From contig OZ024742.1 in the NCBI GenBank assembly GCA_964016885.1, forward strand, positions 296,050,001 to 296,114,000: a DNA stretch of 64,000 bases, in the 5' to 3' direction. The notes beneath the pieces were generated by a model that was given only the letters and a program-made list of their open reading frames with translations, was not told the DNA's origin and did no database searches. The translations under genes were made by a program, and so were the position numbers. How positions within the stretch are numbered: the stretch's first letter is position 1; each line of letters opens with the position of its first letter. This document shows positions 39,711 to 53,943 of this stretch, piece by piece. The DNA is from Eledone cirrhosa. Its lineage: Eukaryota.

Positions 39711-40569
39711 ATTGATTGAACAACTGGAACACTCGTCAAAACCAACACAAGATCTGTTGTGTTAGTATAGTGCTACTTATGATAATAAAAACGAGAACTA
39801 TAGTATCTATCGCTTCTTATTTCTCAATGTAAAAACAGTATTGATTAATAATATTTGCTGTAAAACGTAGTCAAATTCTTCTTCTAATCCTATCAGTTGC
39901 TTACCATTTCAAAGTTATAGAGATCTTTTTTATTTATATTTTATGTTCCTTTTTCTATGTTTTTCTATATCAATTATAGATTTACTTCCAGTTTAAATAA
40001 CTTCACATTTCATTACCTTTTTCTTATTTATCAGCAAGATATGTACTTTATATATGTGTGCATGTGTATGTGTGTTTGTAAGTATGTGTGTTTGTGTGTG
40101 TGTGTGTGCGTGTGTATGTGTGTGCGTGTGTGTGTATCATCATCATCATCATTTAACGTCTGTTTTCCCTGCTAGCAAAATTTAGACTGAATATATGTTT
40201 ATATATTATCATCATCATCGCCATACTTGCATCGGTTATATAGGCTGTCATGTACTGAGGCTAGGCTAGTCAGTTGACTGTTTTCACTGAGATTAGTTTC
40301 TACAGCTGGATGCCCATCCTAACACCTACTAATTTCCAGCATGTACTGGGAGAATTTATATCTCCAGCACTACCACCTTGCAGGCTGAACTAGATGATTT
40401 TCATCATGATACCAAATATATATATATATATATATATATACATAATAACAATACTATTTATAGTTTTGTATAAACTATAAACCACTATAAACAGGAAAGG
40501 TCAGTAACTTATTACCAATAAGAGAAATAGCTCAATGTAAGAACATCAGTTGTTTTACAGAGCATGAAA

Positions 40570-40859
40570 ATAAATTAGACAATTATCAAAGTTGTGTTCA
40601 AATCATTTAATAGCTGACAATCGTTTCTTCCAAACTTTCGTTTGGAGTCATCGGAGCATTATCAATGTTTGTACATATAATTAACCTCCTATTCAACTGA
40701 ACAATCAATTGTTCAGTTGAATAGGAGGTTAATTGTTCAGTTGAATTGGAGGTTAATTATATGTACAAACATTGATAATGCTCCGATGACTCTAAACGAA
40801 AATTTGGAAGAAACAATTGTCAGCTATTTGAACACAACTTTGATAATTGTCTAATTTAT
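40570..40859. mobile_element. Fold-back island with two opposed HHR-like motifs
   Basis: Inverted arms of ~135 bp. Plus 40780-40824 reads GCT CCGATGA ctctaaac..tttggaa GAAA CAATTG TC AGC; mirror copy at 40613-40657; between TA arrays. Confidence 0.7.
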
Positions 40860-40896
40860 ATATACATATATATATTGGCTATTGCCAACTAAATTT

Positions 40897-40953
<57 letters not shown>

Positions 40954-41159
40954 AGAGAGAGAAACATAGGTATCAACATCCTCATCATCATCATTTCTTA
41001 ATCTTGTATACCTTTCTCTTTCTTCTCTCTCATTCTATCTTCCATTGAAGATCCAAATCTGAAAAGTTAAGACACTTTTTCTACTGTATAAAGCATTAAA
41101 CTAATATACACCAGGGCTTTACTGTATTGTTTTCCCTTATTGACTTTTCTCATATATAT

Positions 41160-41600
41160 CATCATCATCATGCATGTCCTCTGCAGTCACAGCCCATGTT
41201 TCACTACCATGTATCATTGCACTTCACACATAGGCATCATGCAGTTGTGCTTTTGTAAGTATGGAGAAACCTTTTGTGGTCAACAGTGGAAGTAGCTCTC
41301 TAAACATTTTCCATTCTATCCTTATTCTAGCTATTATGCTCTCAGAGCACCCTCATCCATTGCTCATTAAGTTGCCTAGATCGCAGAAGCTTCTTGAGAC
41401 TGGAAAAATAGTTTCCATCACTAGTGTTCTCCCCCTTGGTTACCCCTGTACATCTTCTACATACAAAGTCTTCCCTTCCTGTTAGTTACCCATTACCCCA
41501 CTACACCTCTTGTGTAACCAAGATTTACATTGTGCACATCATATGGAGTTTATGCCTACTCCTTTTCTACATATTGAGCAGGGCTACTTCCCCGAAGGAA
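41160..41600 (-). mobile_element. Degenerate RTE LINE fragment
   Basis: Minus-strand similarity to 18975-19400 (PCSICRK, SESIIARIR, FRELLPLL, HGSETW). Confidence 0.7.
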
Positions 41601-41625
41601 TTGGGGTCCTATCTTCTCTCCTACT

Positions 41626-41696
<71 letters not shown>

Positions 41697-41952
41697 ACAC
41701 ACACACACACACACATACATACATACATACATACATACATACATACTAATTAGTTCATCCATTTCAGGATGCTACTATAAGTGATAGGGTATATAAACAC
41801 CCCAATTACATATTTCCTTGTGGTTGTTTAGACGAAAGCCAGACTTGGCCTGAAAACCAGTTCAATATCTTTATCAATTTTTCAATTTACAGGAAAATAT
41901 GTATATTTGTAAATTTATATACATGTTTATGCAGTCTCAGTTACTCCTATTC

Positions 41953-41990
<38 letters not shown>

Positions 41991-42017
41991 TATAACTTTA
42001 TCATAAACTTCAGTTGC

Positions 42018-42060
<43 letters not shown>

Positions 42061-43532
42061 ACATGATTTTGTCAGTAAATAAGTTTTTATTATTATTAAT
42101 ATTTTTTTAGTTCATATTGCCTGAAAAATTTCCTTAAATTCTGTTTCACTGAATCTATATTACCAATATTTACAACAGTAAAATGTCTACAATACATGCA
42201 CACAAAACATTACTGAGTTATTTGAGCTATAAGTCATGTGAATAATGCACAGACATTTTGTTATGCACAAATGACCATTTCTGCACACATGTATACACAA
42301 ACATGCATTGAAACATGTAATTTATAATCAACAGCATATAAGCATATTTTAGAAAACTACATTGCCAAAATTTTTATTTCAAACTGAACAGTAGTATATA
42401 TTTGCATTTATTGACTCGATAAATTGCTTGGTACTACTTTCAATCATTGCTTCCTATGATTTTCCACAATGCAATTGCATTAGTAGCTTTGGAAATAGTT
42501 TGTTTTTTTTCTCTGTATTTCATTTCAGTTTATTTTCGACATTGGTTGCTAGTATTTATATTACTCAATGAAAATAGTGAAGGTAATCTATTTAAGACTG
42601 TCATTTTTTGATTGCATAGTTAAAAAACCCATTTAAATATTCCAATTTTTTGTTTTTGTTGTTGACAAACTATTGTTGTGAGTGAAGAAGTTTGTTTTGC
42701 AACCATATGGTTTCTGGTTTGTTCCTACTGTGCAACACTTTGGGTAAATATCTTCTGTTAAAACCTTATTATATTACCCAATATCGTGTGAGTAATATGT
42801 AATAGATCAAGACTGTAGAAGCATTTTATATATGTGTATGAATACATGTGTGTCTGTATATATATATATATATATATATATAATAATTACGAAGACCAAA
42901 ATCTGAAGAGGACTCAATAAAGATTGTATATATATATATATATATATACAAGTATATATAAACCCATAGAACAAATATTTATTATTAGTACAGATTAACG
43001 TTTAAGCAAAGAATTTCTGCTTTTAGCCTATTAAAGGATTTTCTGAAACTCTTGTAATATGTGTGTGCGCATGCATGTGTCTGAGCATGTCTTTGTGTTT
43101 ATATTCATTATTATCACCACATCAAGCTAAATGTTAGTATAGTTTTTGATTTGTATTGTAACTTAATAGTTCAACAAAGAGAATAGAATGTACTGTGTGT
43201 GTATCTAGTTTGGAATAGCTATACTGTATCCCTACTTGTCATAAGAGGCAACTAAAAGGGTTGGTACCAAGAAGGGCATCCTGTTGTAAAAGATTTCCTC
43301 AGAATCGTTTGCATGATGTATATGATACTTTTAATGAGCCAATGATCCATCCAGTTCATGCCAACATGGAAAAACATACATATAATGTGTGACATCCTCA
43401 GTGACTAACTTGTTCTTTTGTCTCTCTCCTATGTTCTGTCCTACACCATCTTGTATTGTTTGTTTTTTTTTTGTTCTTTTTTTTATTTAGCTGTGCTGTG
43501 TGTGCACAGCTCACAAAAACAAGATGGCATAC

Positions 43533-44226
43533 ATCATCATCATCATCATCATCATTTTACGTCCACTTTTCCTTGCTTGCAAGGGTGGGACGGGAACTGA
43601 TTCTGGCTTGATTTCTACAGCTGGATGCCCTTCCTAACACCAACCTCATTTACAGTGAGTGCTGGGTGCTTTTTTGCCGTGGCACCTCCACGACCACTTT
43701 GCAGTGGAATGATAGGGACCCCAGTCCCTATCATCTCATTTCTACAGCTGAGTGAACTGGAACAATGTGAAATAAAGTGTCTTGCTCAAGGACACAACAC
43801 ATCACCCGGTCTGAGAATTGAACTCACAACCTTTCGATTGCAAGGCCAATGCTCTAACCACTAAGCCATATGCCTCCACATATAATTATTTATTTTTATA
43901 TATATGGAGGCACATGGCTTAGTGGTTAGAGCATTGGCCTTGCAATCGAAAGGTTGTGAGTTCAATTCTCAGACCGGGTGATGTGTTGTTTCCTTGAGCA
44001 AGACACTTTATTTCACATTGTTCCAGTTTACTCAGCTGTAGAAATGAGATGATAGGGACTGGGGTCGTGGAGGTGCCACGGCATAAAAGCACCCAGCACT
44101 CACTGTAAATGAGGTTGGTGTTAGGAAGGGCATCCAGCTGTAGAAATAAAGCCAGAATCAGTTCCCGTCCCACCCTTGCAAGCAGGGAAAAGCGGACGTA
44201 AAATGAAATGATGATGAAATGATGAT
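43533..44226. mobile_element. Head-to-head inverted pair of family-B SINEs
   Basis: 43533-43879 (-) and 43905-44226 (+) with a ~25-bp AT-rich spacer. Confidence 0.85.
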
Positions 44227-44784
44227 ATCTAAGAGAGAGAGCGAAAGATACACCCCAACACACACAAACATACACAAACATACACACACATATATATATG
44301 GCGAAACATATGTAAAATGATATATGTATATTGTATAACAGCTTTGTTCAGGTTAATTTCATTATTTCAAACAGAAATATAATTAATTCCATAGAAGATT
44401 AAAATTTTGAATTTAAAATTTATTGAAATATTACCAGAATAATTGGTTAAGACATTATTAAAATGTAATTTAGTTTTATTTTTAGATTTTTTTGTTGTAA
44501 TACTTCTCTTCCAGCTTGGCATTCATAGACATAATCTAAAAATTTGCAAATATTTTATTAAAAAGAATTCAGTTTGGCATTAGTGCATAGGAATATACTC
44601 TGTAGTATTTCTATGATGTAGATTAACATTTAAAATATAGCATAGGCACAAGTATGGCTGTGTGGTTAAGGTGTTCACTTCATAACCATGTGGTTCTGGA
44701 TTCAGTCACACTGAGCTGCACCTTAGGCAAGTGTTTCCTACTATTGCAATTTCCTACTAATCCAAAAATGCAGAAGAATACTGG

Positions 44785-45136
44785 CATCACGCAGTAATAC
44801 AGAGTACCCGACCTCCTATGGGTACAAGCTGAAGCATATAGACAATATGCCCCCACACACCCCACCGCAAGGTGGTCGTGGAGGTGTCACGGCAAAAAAG
44901 CACCCAGTCCACACTGTAAAGTGGACGTGTAGGCGCCACGAAAAAGCACCCAGCACTCACTGTAAATGAGGTTGGTGTTAGGAAGGGCATCCAGCTGTAG
45001 AAATCAAGCCAAATCAGTTCCTGTATGAGCAAGGCATGGTCAGCCGACCAGACACTGCCCACAACAGGACAACCCGTCTAATCCATGCTAGCGTGGAAGA
45101 ACGGACGTAAAACAGTGATGATGATGATGATGATGA
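44785..45136 (+). mobile_element. RTE 3' end nearly identical to 19731-20075
   Basis: Direct sequence match. Confidence 0.85.
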
Positions 45137-46125
45137 TATGTGTGTTTTTGTATATATACATAGGTGGCAAATTGGCAGAGCCATTAGAAGATTGGACAGA
45201 AGGCTTTATGGTATTCATTCTGGCTCTCTGCTCTGAGTTCAAATCCTGCCAAGGTCAACGTTGCCTTTAATCGTTTTGAGGTCGATAAAAAAATTACCAG
45301 TCTAATACTGTGGCCGATCCTTCCTCTCTCTGGAAGAAATCTGGTGTACACAGGCCTGGAGAGGGATGGGCTCTGCCAAGTTTAAAATGCCCAAGAAACT
45401 CTGTATGTCAATATGGCGCCCCTACAATGTTATCAGGAGTTACACGGGGGGTGGGGTGTGCAGGTCGTTTTTAGTACAGCCTCTTCATTATTTCCTCTGT
45501 GAGGCTTAGCATTTTGAGATCAGCTCTAACCAAATTCACCTAGGTTTTTCCCAGTCTTCTTTTTACTGGCATCTCCTAGCACTTCTTCACCCGGGATTCA
45601 CATGTGCCTGGGTGAAAGATTGCTAAATGATAATTCAAAATAGAGGAGGAACTGAAAGAACTTGTGATTGAAAGGGAAAAGGAATGTGGTTAGATCTTTT
45701 ATTGAAATTTGAAAAGCTTGATCATGTTAATAGGGTACTTGCATGAAAAATTAGTAGATGATGATTTAAAATGAGGGAGGAATTAAGGAAATTAAGGAAA
45801 TCTGGGATTGTAAGGGGAGGAATATGACTTGGGTCTCTGAGAACCATTATTGTATATAAAATTAACAGGCAGTGTACTATATGAATTGAATGGACATTGT
45901 ATTCCCTATAAACTGAATTTGCAATCACGATTGTAATGTTAATAAGAATATAGTAATCTGCTCCAGAATTCTGTTTTCTATGTTTTAAATTCAATTTATA
46001 TAAAGTATAGGTGGATTATTTTATTTAGAAAACTGTAAAATGTGAATAATGAATCAACTGTTACAGATGCTAGCTGGAAGTGAATGGAGTGAGCTTACCA
46101 GTTAGTGTATATATATATATATATA

Positions 46126-47070
46126 TCATCATCATCATCATCATCATCAACGTTTAACGTCCGTGTTCCACGCTTGCATGGGTTTGGACGGGGGTAGTCC
46201 CACTTGAGGCAAGAGTGATTGTCTTGCTCGCATAGGACTGTCTGGCAGGTTTTCTACAGTTGGATGCCCTTCCTAACACCAACCACATTTACAGTGTGGG
46301 TCTGGGAGGTTTTTACCGTGTTGCCTACACGGCCACATTACAGCGTGGACTGTGTGTTTTTTTGTCGTGACACCTACACGATCTCATTTGTTTCGGCCTC
46401 GATGGCGCGGCACCAACATAACTTTACATAGAACGGGGTGGTGTGGATCGGGTGGGGGTGGTGGTGGTGGGACGGGTGTATTTTGTTAGAGATGCCTACT
46501 GGCTGGAGTAGGTTTTACTATATATTTAGGTAAGGCGGGTCTTCTCTGTTACTGAGTACCGCCAAAGGTCTCGGTCCAGTGACATTGTCTTGGAGAGGTG
46601 TAAGTGTGTGATGTCGGAGTTTATCAGCTCGTCCCAGGTTTTTCTAGGTCTGCCTATTCCGTGACTACCGTCTATCTTTATTGCCCTGCACTTTGTTATA
46701 CAGCTATCGACTTTCATGCTCATCACGTGTCCATACCAACGTAGCCTTCTCTCGAGTAAACAACATCTGATCCCTCTTATCTCTAATTTTTTCCTTAGTT
46801 CGTTTATGCTTTGCCGTTCACGTATATTACTGTTACACATCCAGCGGAGCATGCAAGCTTCGTTCCTCTCTAGTCTGCGTATATCCTCTGCACACAATGC
46901 CCAGGTCTCACTGCCGTGCAGCATTGCTGTTCGTATGCAGGCATCGTACAACCTGCCTTTCATTTTTAGTGAGAACCCTTTAGCAGCTAATAGTGGTATA
47001 AGCTCTCTGAACTTTTTCCAACCAGTTCTGACTCTAGCTACAGTACTTTCAGAGCACCCTCCCCCACTGT
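46126..47070 (-). mobile_element. RTE LINE 3' fragment (same subfamily as 35160-36047)
   Basis: ORF 46526..46963, MKGRLYDACIRTAMLHGSETW... Confidence 0.9.
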
Positions 47071-47151
47071 ATATATATATATATATATATTAGAAAGTGA
47101 GGTTTTTTCACAAAATGAAAAAAAAACAAGGTGTCCTACACGAGTGAAAGT

Positions 47152-47413
47152 ATAAGGAAAAAAGATGAAATCAAAAATGCAACTGGGGTCTTTTTTTATA
47201 AAAATATATATTTATTTGGTTCCTTTACCGGTTTCGCAGTTCTTCTGCTTTTCAAAAGTAGAATTGAGATGGAGGGTTTAAAAACCACAAACCCTCCATC
47301 TCAATTCTACTTTTGAAAAGCAGAACTGCGAAACGGGTAAAGGAACCAAATAAATATATATTTTTATAAAAAAAGACTCCAGTTGCATTTTCGATTTCAT
47401 CTTTTTTCCTTAT
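47152..47413. repeat. ~127-bp-arm inverted repeat containing degenerate HHR motifs
   Basis: Arms 47152-47279 and 47289-47413; left arm on the minus strand reads CTT TTGAAAA GCAG..CTGC GAAA CCGG TA AAG. Confidence 0.7.
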
Positions 47414-47446
47414 GTATATATATATGTATATATATATATATATGTA

Positions 47447-48078
47447 TATACAATATATTAACAAATGGAAACTATATTTATAAAACCATATTTATTTCAT
47501 TATACATATTTCAAGGGCCAGATTAGTCTTATAAATAAATATTGACATACCCTGAAAAATGCAACCTTCACAGTTGGAGTCTCCTGGATAGTGGAGATAT
47601 TAGATTTATTGTTGGTTTATTATGCAAATTAGTGTCGGAAAGGTTTAAATAACAGTATATTTAAAGTATGCCGTTGGAAGAGGGAAAAAGAAAGAGAAAA
47701 AGAAATAGAAAAAGAAATAGAAAGAGAAAGAGAAACAACGTGAGTGTATTTAAGTGAGAGAGAATATTAATTATAAGGACGTAATAGCGTAATTATTGTT
47801 TACATTATGAAACGAAGAAATGAATAAATGATTTTTCAGGGTATGTCAATATTTATTTATAAAACTAATCTATATTATATTTTATCTGATGAAAGCGCAC
47901 CATAATCTGCCTTGGTGGCCCTTGAAATATCTATAATGAAATAAATATGGTTTTATAAATATAGTTTCCATTTGTTAATATATTGTATATTTACTCCAAT
48001 TAATTTGTTGAGTGCTTTATATCAGTTATAAAAATATTTTGCTTGTTGTATCCCAACAAATTAAATATAACCTCTACA
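47447..48078 (+). mobile_element. PLE-terminus fold-back island (same family as 13155-13736)
   Basis: Inverted arms 47447-47560 and 47831-47990; the 3' tail matches the reverse complement of 13155-13243. Confidence 0.75.
47878..47943 (+). ncRNA. Type-I hammerhead ribozyme
   Basis: TATTTTAT CTGATGA AAGcgCACCA...TGGTGgccCTT GAAA TATCTA TA ATGAAATA. Confidence 0.75.
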
Positions 48079-48102
48079 TATATGTATATATGTATATATG
48101 TA

Positions 48103-48160
<58 letters not shown>

Positions 48161-48258
48161 TATATATATATATGTATGTATATATATATATATGTATATA
48201 TGTATGTATATATATATATGTATATATGTATGTATATATATATATGTATATATATATG

Positions 48259-48334
<76 letters not shown>

Positions 48335-48364
48335 TATATACATACATGTATACATACATACATA

Positions 48365-48728
48365 TATAATCATGAAGTACAAGTCAATGGGTTATAATTC
48401 ACTTTGTTTATTCATAATCACTGTTATATATATTTCGGTGATAACCATTATGCAACAGAAGTTGAACAGAAAAACAGAAAGAAAAAAATATATATTTCTG
48501 TTGTTTTGACCTAGTTATGCCCTAGTGCTTTGAGAAAATATATCAGCCCAGGGTATATCAATGATACGAAAACAACTGAAGTAAGTTTTATTTTCTGTTT
48601 TTTTCTGTTCAGCTTCTCTCTGGTGAGGTCATAACTGTTGCATAACGGTTATTACCAAAATATATATAACAGTGATTATGAATAAACAAAGTGAATTATA
48701 ACCCATTGACTTGTACTTCATGATTATA
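48365..48728. mobile_element. Fold-back island with degenerate HHR motifs
   Basis: Right arm reads CTGGTGA(48620) GGT..TAACTGTT/AACGGTTA..ACC AAAA TATATA TA ACAG; left arm keeps GAAA but lacks the CUGA box. Confidence 0.65.
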
Positions 48729-48826
48729 AATATGGTCCAAAATAAACAGACCCACTTGTGTACTTTGTTGAGTGTTCTACCCTGCAGACAAAAATGTTGG
48801 TGATAAACTAATACATACTCTAATTA

Positions 48827-48864
<38 letters not shown>

Positions 48865-50813
48865 TAACAGATTAAAGAATTGCTGCTTTCACCCTTAACG
48901 GGATCTTCTGAAACTGAAATTATTATTATTATTACTATATATGTGTGTGTATATATATATATATATATAAGGGTTATGGTTATCTATATATATATAATCC
49001 TCATAATTTAATATCAGTTTTCCTTGCTAGCAAAGTTTTGACAGTTCCTCATAGAACAAGTCAGTACTTATTAGGATTGGTGACCTCCAAAAAAGCCTTT
49101 GGGCTGCATCTCACTTGCATATGTTCCTGCACTCTAATGGGTACACTGTGTGCATTTTGTTGCAACACCAGCACAAGGAAAGTTGTCATGTTTTTGACAC
49201 AACTAAGAATCATCTCAACCCTTTGTTTGGCACATTTTATACAGCTGAAAGTCCTTCCTATCACCATTCACGTTAAAGAATATAATGTATTTATATATAT
49301 ATATAAAGACCCCTTTGGTCATGAATAACCATGTGTTTTGCACCTAGAAAGTTCTTCTCCTTCGATTCAGATGCTCGACCAAGGTCTTTTTTTAGGAAGA
49401 CAGTTGCTCATGCATGACAGTCTTCTCTTCTTATCACAAATGTTGTCTAAAGGAAAGGAAAAGGCCGACACAGCTTGGCTCCTATGACATTAATATGGAT
49501 TTTTTGCATTACAGTTAAGCTTCTCCCATTTCGATAGCAAATGAGAAATAAATCTAGTTTGGTTTAAAAACTATCTCCTCTGAGGCATGGTTATAGTTTG
49601 ATTGGCAGGTAAGGGAACTTATCAGGAAGGGAATGCTGTATTTTGACAGTAGAGAAAAGGGGAGAAAAAATAAATAGCCGGGTGAATGGAGATGTGGACA
49701 GAATAGTTGTACATTTAAAGAAATAAGTAGTATTGGTGTTGACAATCCTCTTTTTCAACTGTTTTTTATGATTTATGGTTTAGGTGCTCGAGCCAGCTTT
49801 ATCACTGAGGCCATTTTAAAATGTATTTTAGTCTCAAATCACTTGACATTGTGTCTATAGAAATGTTGTTGACTATGGGTCAAAATGAAATAAATAATTC
49901 TATTGATGAAGCTGTTTTTGTGTGTACTGTTTGTGTGTTAGGTAGTGGAGTGGTTATTATTTGTTATCTTTCTCTCTAACTATATATATATATATATGTG
50001 TGTGTGTTTAAATTTAATTGGTCTCCTATCATTTCACTTAATAATATATATATATATACACACACATGCACACACATATATATGTGCACATATACATACA
50101 TAATATATATATATCCTGTGTATTGTTTGATGTACTCCTATATATGTCATTCACTCTTGAATTTATATTATATATATAAATGTACTTCCTAGTGTCAATA
50201 TATATGATTCATTTACATGACATTGGTCAACCTGAAACTATGGCATGAAACAGTTACCAAAGGTGCATGCAGTGAGATTGAAACCTAAACCAGATGTTTC
50301 CATAAACAGGCCCACACCTAAGTAAATATCTCAAATACTATCAACTAGAGAGAAGAAAATGGAATATTTTCAATTTCAATTTTTTTTATTTTTTCATTTC
50401 AAATCTAATCCACTCACTAAGCTTTTTAAGACAAAATATATTATCTAGAGTTTAACACGTAATCTCCATTTACAGAAAATTTTGCAGATTAAATTATTAC
50501 TTTCACTTTCAAAGAATGATGGGAGCAATTTTGTTCATAAAATATAATTATAGTAATTATTTTTTTCAAGATGTAATTTATTACTTTTTAACATCCTCTA
50601 ATGATTTATAAGAAAGTATCTAAAAGCAAGTTTGTTAAACCAAATAGCTTTACTAGTGGACAAATTATTGTAAAAATGTTCAGTATTAGAGTAAAGACTA
50701 ATTTTTAATGTGATGCAGTCATAATGCGGTTTGATACATTTAGTTTCATGTGCTATAGGATGTTAAGTGTTAGAGCTGTAATAGTATAGAAGATTAATTG
50801 TTTTAAAGTGTTT

Positions 50814-50846
<33 letters not shown>

Positions 50847-51167
50847 CATTATTTAATATAGGACTGAGTTCAAATCCTGCCGAAGTTAACTTTGCCTTTC
50901 ATCCTTATGGGGTCAATAAAACAAGGGTACCAGTAATACACTGGGTAATTGCTGGCCTTGTGTCAAAAGTAGAAACAATTATTTAATATAGGACTACAAC
51001 TGTTTCGATGATATCCTACAAATGAAACAGTTCTAGTCTTGTAGAAGCAATTTCTATATTAAATAATGATATTTACACTCTACTTGGGTATGGCACCATT
51101 TTATATTACTTGGTTTATATATATATATATATATGTATGTCATCACCCTATATATATATATATATAG

Positions 51168-51552
51168 GGCGATGACATACAGCCGTGACCTATGGCGTCA
51201 TGCAGTAATACAGAAGACCCGACTTTCCACAGGTACAAGCTGAAGCTGAAGCATATAGACAATATGACCCCACCCCCTCCCACTGCAAAATGGTCGTGGG
51301 GGTGCCACTGTAAAAAAGCACCCAGCCCACACTGTAAAGTGGACGTGTAGGCACCACAGAAAAAAAGCACCCAGCACTCACTGTAAATGAGGTTGGTGTT
51401 AGGAAGGACACCTAGCTGTAGAAATCAAGCCAGAATCAGTTCCCGTATGAGCCAGACAAGGTCAGCCGACTGGACACTGCCCACAACAGGACAACCTGTC
51501 TAACCCATGCTATTGTGGAAGAACGGACTTAAACGGTGATGATGATGATGAT
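51168..51552 (+). mobile_element. RTE LINE 3' end
   Basis: Similar to 19715-20075. Confidence 0.75.
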
Positions 51553-53005
51553 AAAATCTGCAAGCACTTTAAAACAAACGTCTATACTATTACAGCTCTA
51601 ACACTTCAAGAGAACAACAGAGAGAGTGAGAGAGAGAGAGATTCGACATAATGTCCCTAACTCTGAGAAAGATATTCTGAAATATCCTATATTCTTTTGT
51701 TTCATTTGATATTTAATTATGTCAGTCACTCTCCCATTGTTCTTGTATTTTGAGATATATTATATATTAATGAAGGCATAAATGAACCTGTATGCAATAT
51801 ATATAATTAACATACAAAAAAATAGATATAATCTCACTCAACCTCAGCATAAACAATGTATTTCGCTATTATTATAGTTCATCTACATGTGCTTATTTAT
51901 GCTCAGATGTTAAAGTATAAAAGTCAACAACATTTTACCATGACGTAGTGTGATTATGTCACAGCTACCTTAGCAACAATAGTAAGAGTGATGAATGCAT
52001 TTTGTTGTTATTCACTTCATCTGCATGTGCTTATTTATGCTTCGATGCTGAGTCATAAAATTCAATATCTTCATAAAGGATTTTGTAAAAAGAACTATTC
52101 ATTTTGAATTCTTATTTATGCTTATTTATGTATCGTGCAAGCTTGACCAATGAGTTATAATTAGTAATAGTAATAAAACAAAATAAAGGTATACATCAAC
52201 TTGTATATAATATGCTCATGTATAATAAACATATATTTAGTCTCAAAGTATTTTAGCTGTGATTATGTGTTTGATGAACTATTGTACTGGTATGGGTTTG
52301 AACAGGACTTTTTTACTGTAAGATGCCCTTCCAGAAGTATTCTCTCTATATATCTCTTTTTTCCTCTCTCTTTCTCTGGGAGAAATCAGTTTAGTTCAAA
52401 CCTGGAGAGGGATGAGCTCCACCAGTTTTAAATGCCCAAGACACACTATATATCAGCATGCCACTCCTACGACTCTATCGGGAGTTAAGAGCCTACATGC
52501 ACACCCACACATAATACAGCTTAATAAAGAACTAAAAATAAACTGCAATGATTTGTGATGGAATTCTTTGTTACCAATCTTTTACTGTTGTGATTACAGT
52601 CAAAATAATTCTTTCAGATACTTATCTTAATAAATCCTTCAGAAACAAAACGAAAGAACATGAAAAAATCCAGAAGACCTCCTCCTAGCATATTCTGTTT
52701 CATTTCAGAATCAATACTGATTAGAATATTTAAATATATATCTGCTTCAGTTATATATCTGCTTCAGATATATATCTACTTTAGATATATCTTTTCAGAT
52801 TAGGCTAATAAATAAGATTGTTGCTGCAAAGTAGTATTTAAAATATGTGTACTGACACTCTAGGCATAGCTAAGTGGTAAGAAGTTTGCTTCAGAACCAC
52901 ATGGTTTCAGTTTGAGTCCAACTGCCCATTCCTTTCAATAAATGTATTTCACTATAGCCCCAGGCTAATCATTGCCTTGTGAATGAATTCGGTCAATGAA
53001 TATAC

Positions 53006-53037
<32 letters not shown>

Positions 53038-53685
53038 GGGGGGGGGCTGCATACATAAATATGTGTGGGTGTCTGTGAATGCCAGTTATCACAAACTTTA
53101 TGTCAATACTGTTTATGTAGCATACTGTGACAGTTGTTTATGTCCTCTATAAACAATATGACTGCTAGTGTAGCTATTCAACAAAACACTGGTATACACC
53201 ATGATTAGAATAATTGTTTCTACTTTAGGCACAAGGCCAGCAATTACCCAGTGCATTACTGGTACTTAGAATAATGTTTGTGTTGGCATCAGAAAAGGCA
53301 GCTAGTGTTAGAAAATCGTTCTAGAAAGTGCCTTGTCAAACCCATGCAAGCATGGAAAACTGAAACTGATGTAAAAATGATGATTTGCATGACAGACTCT
53401 TTTCCTCCTCATCATCATTAGTTAAATCTTGATTAAATCTCAATTTTCTGTACAAATATGTATTTATCTTAAAACTATTGAAATAAATTTACACATAGTT
53501 AATTTTCTAGATATAACCTTAAATCTACAAACAAATGATTGTTCATATTTTAAAGAAACAATGTCTCAAATCACCCTTTAACCAGTTACCAATTTATTGA
53601 AAATTATTAGTAAAAAGATGTCCAGTATTTCATTAGATAAATCTGCCTTCAAAAAGTAGTCCTTTATTAGAAGGAATCAGATTAA

Positions 53686-53943
53686 TCCTTTAGCATTTAC
53701 ATTACTTTATATAACCCATGCCAGTGTGGAAAAATGGATGTTAAACGGTGTTGATGATGAGGATATTATTGTATTTTCGTGGTAAAGGCTTTATCTCACG
53801 TAATATTGAATCTATGAGATTTTGATATTATTTATTTTCAGAACAATACCTAAACATAATTATGAGTAGTCAGCTACAGCTGGTTTGAACAGAAAGAGGT
53901 GAGAGAATTCTGGCCGAATACCGCCAGTTTAAGTACTAAAAGG
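53686..53943. mobile_element. piggyBac-type MITE with a nested RTE/SINE tail
   Basis: TTAA flanks and degenerate TIR; insertion at 53713-53762. Confidence 0.6.
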
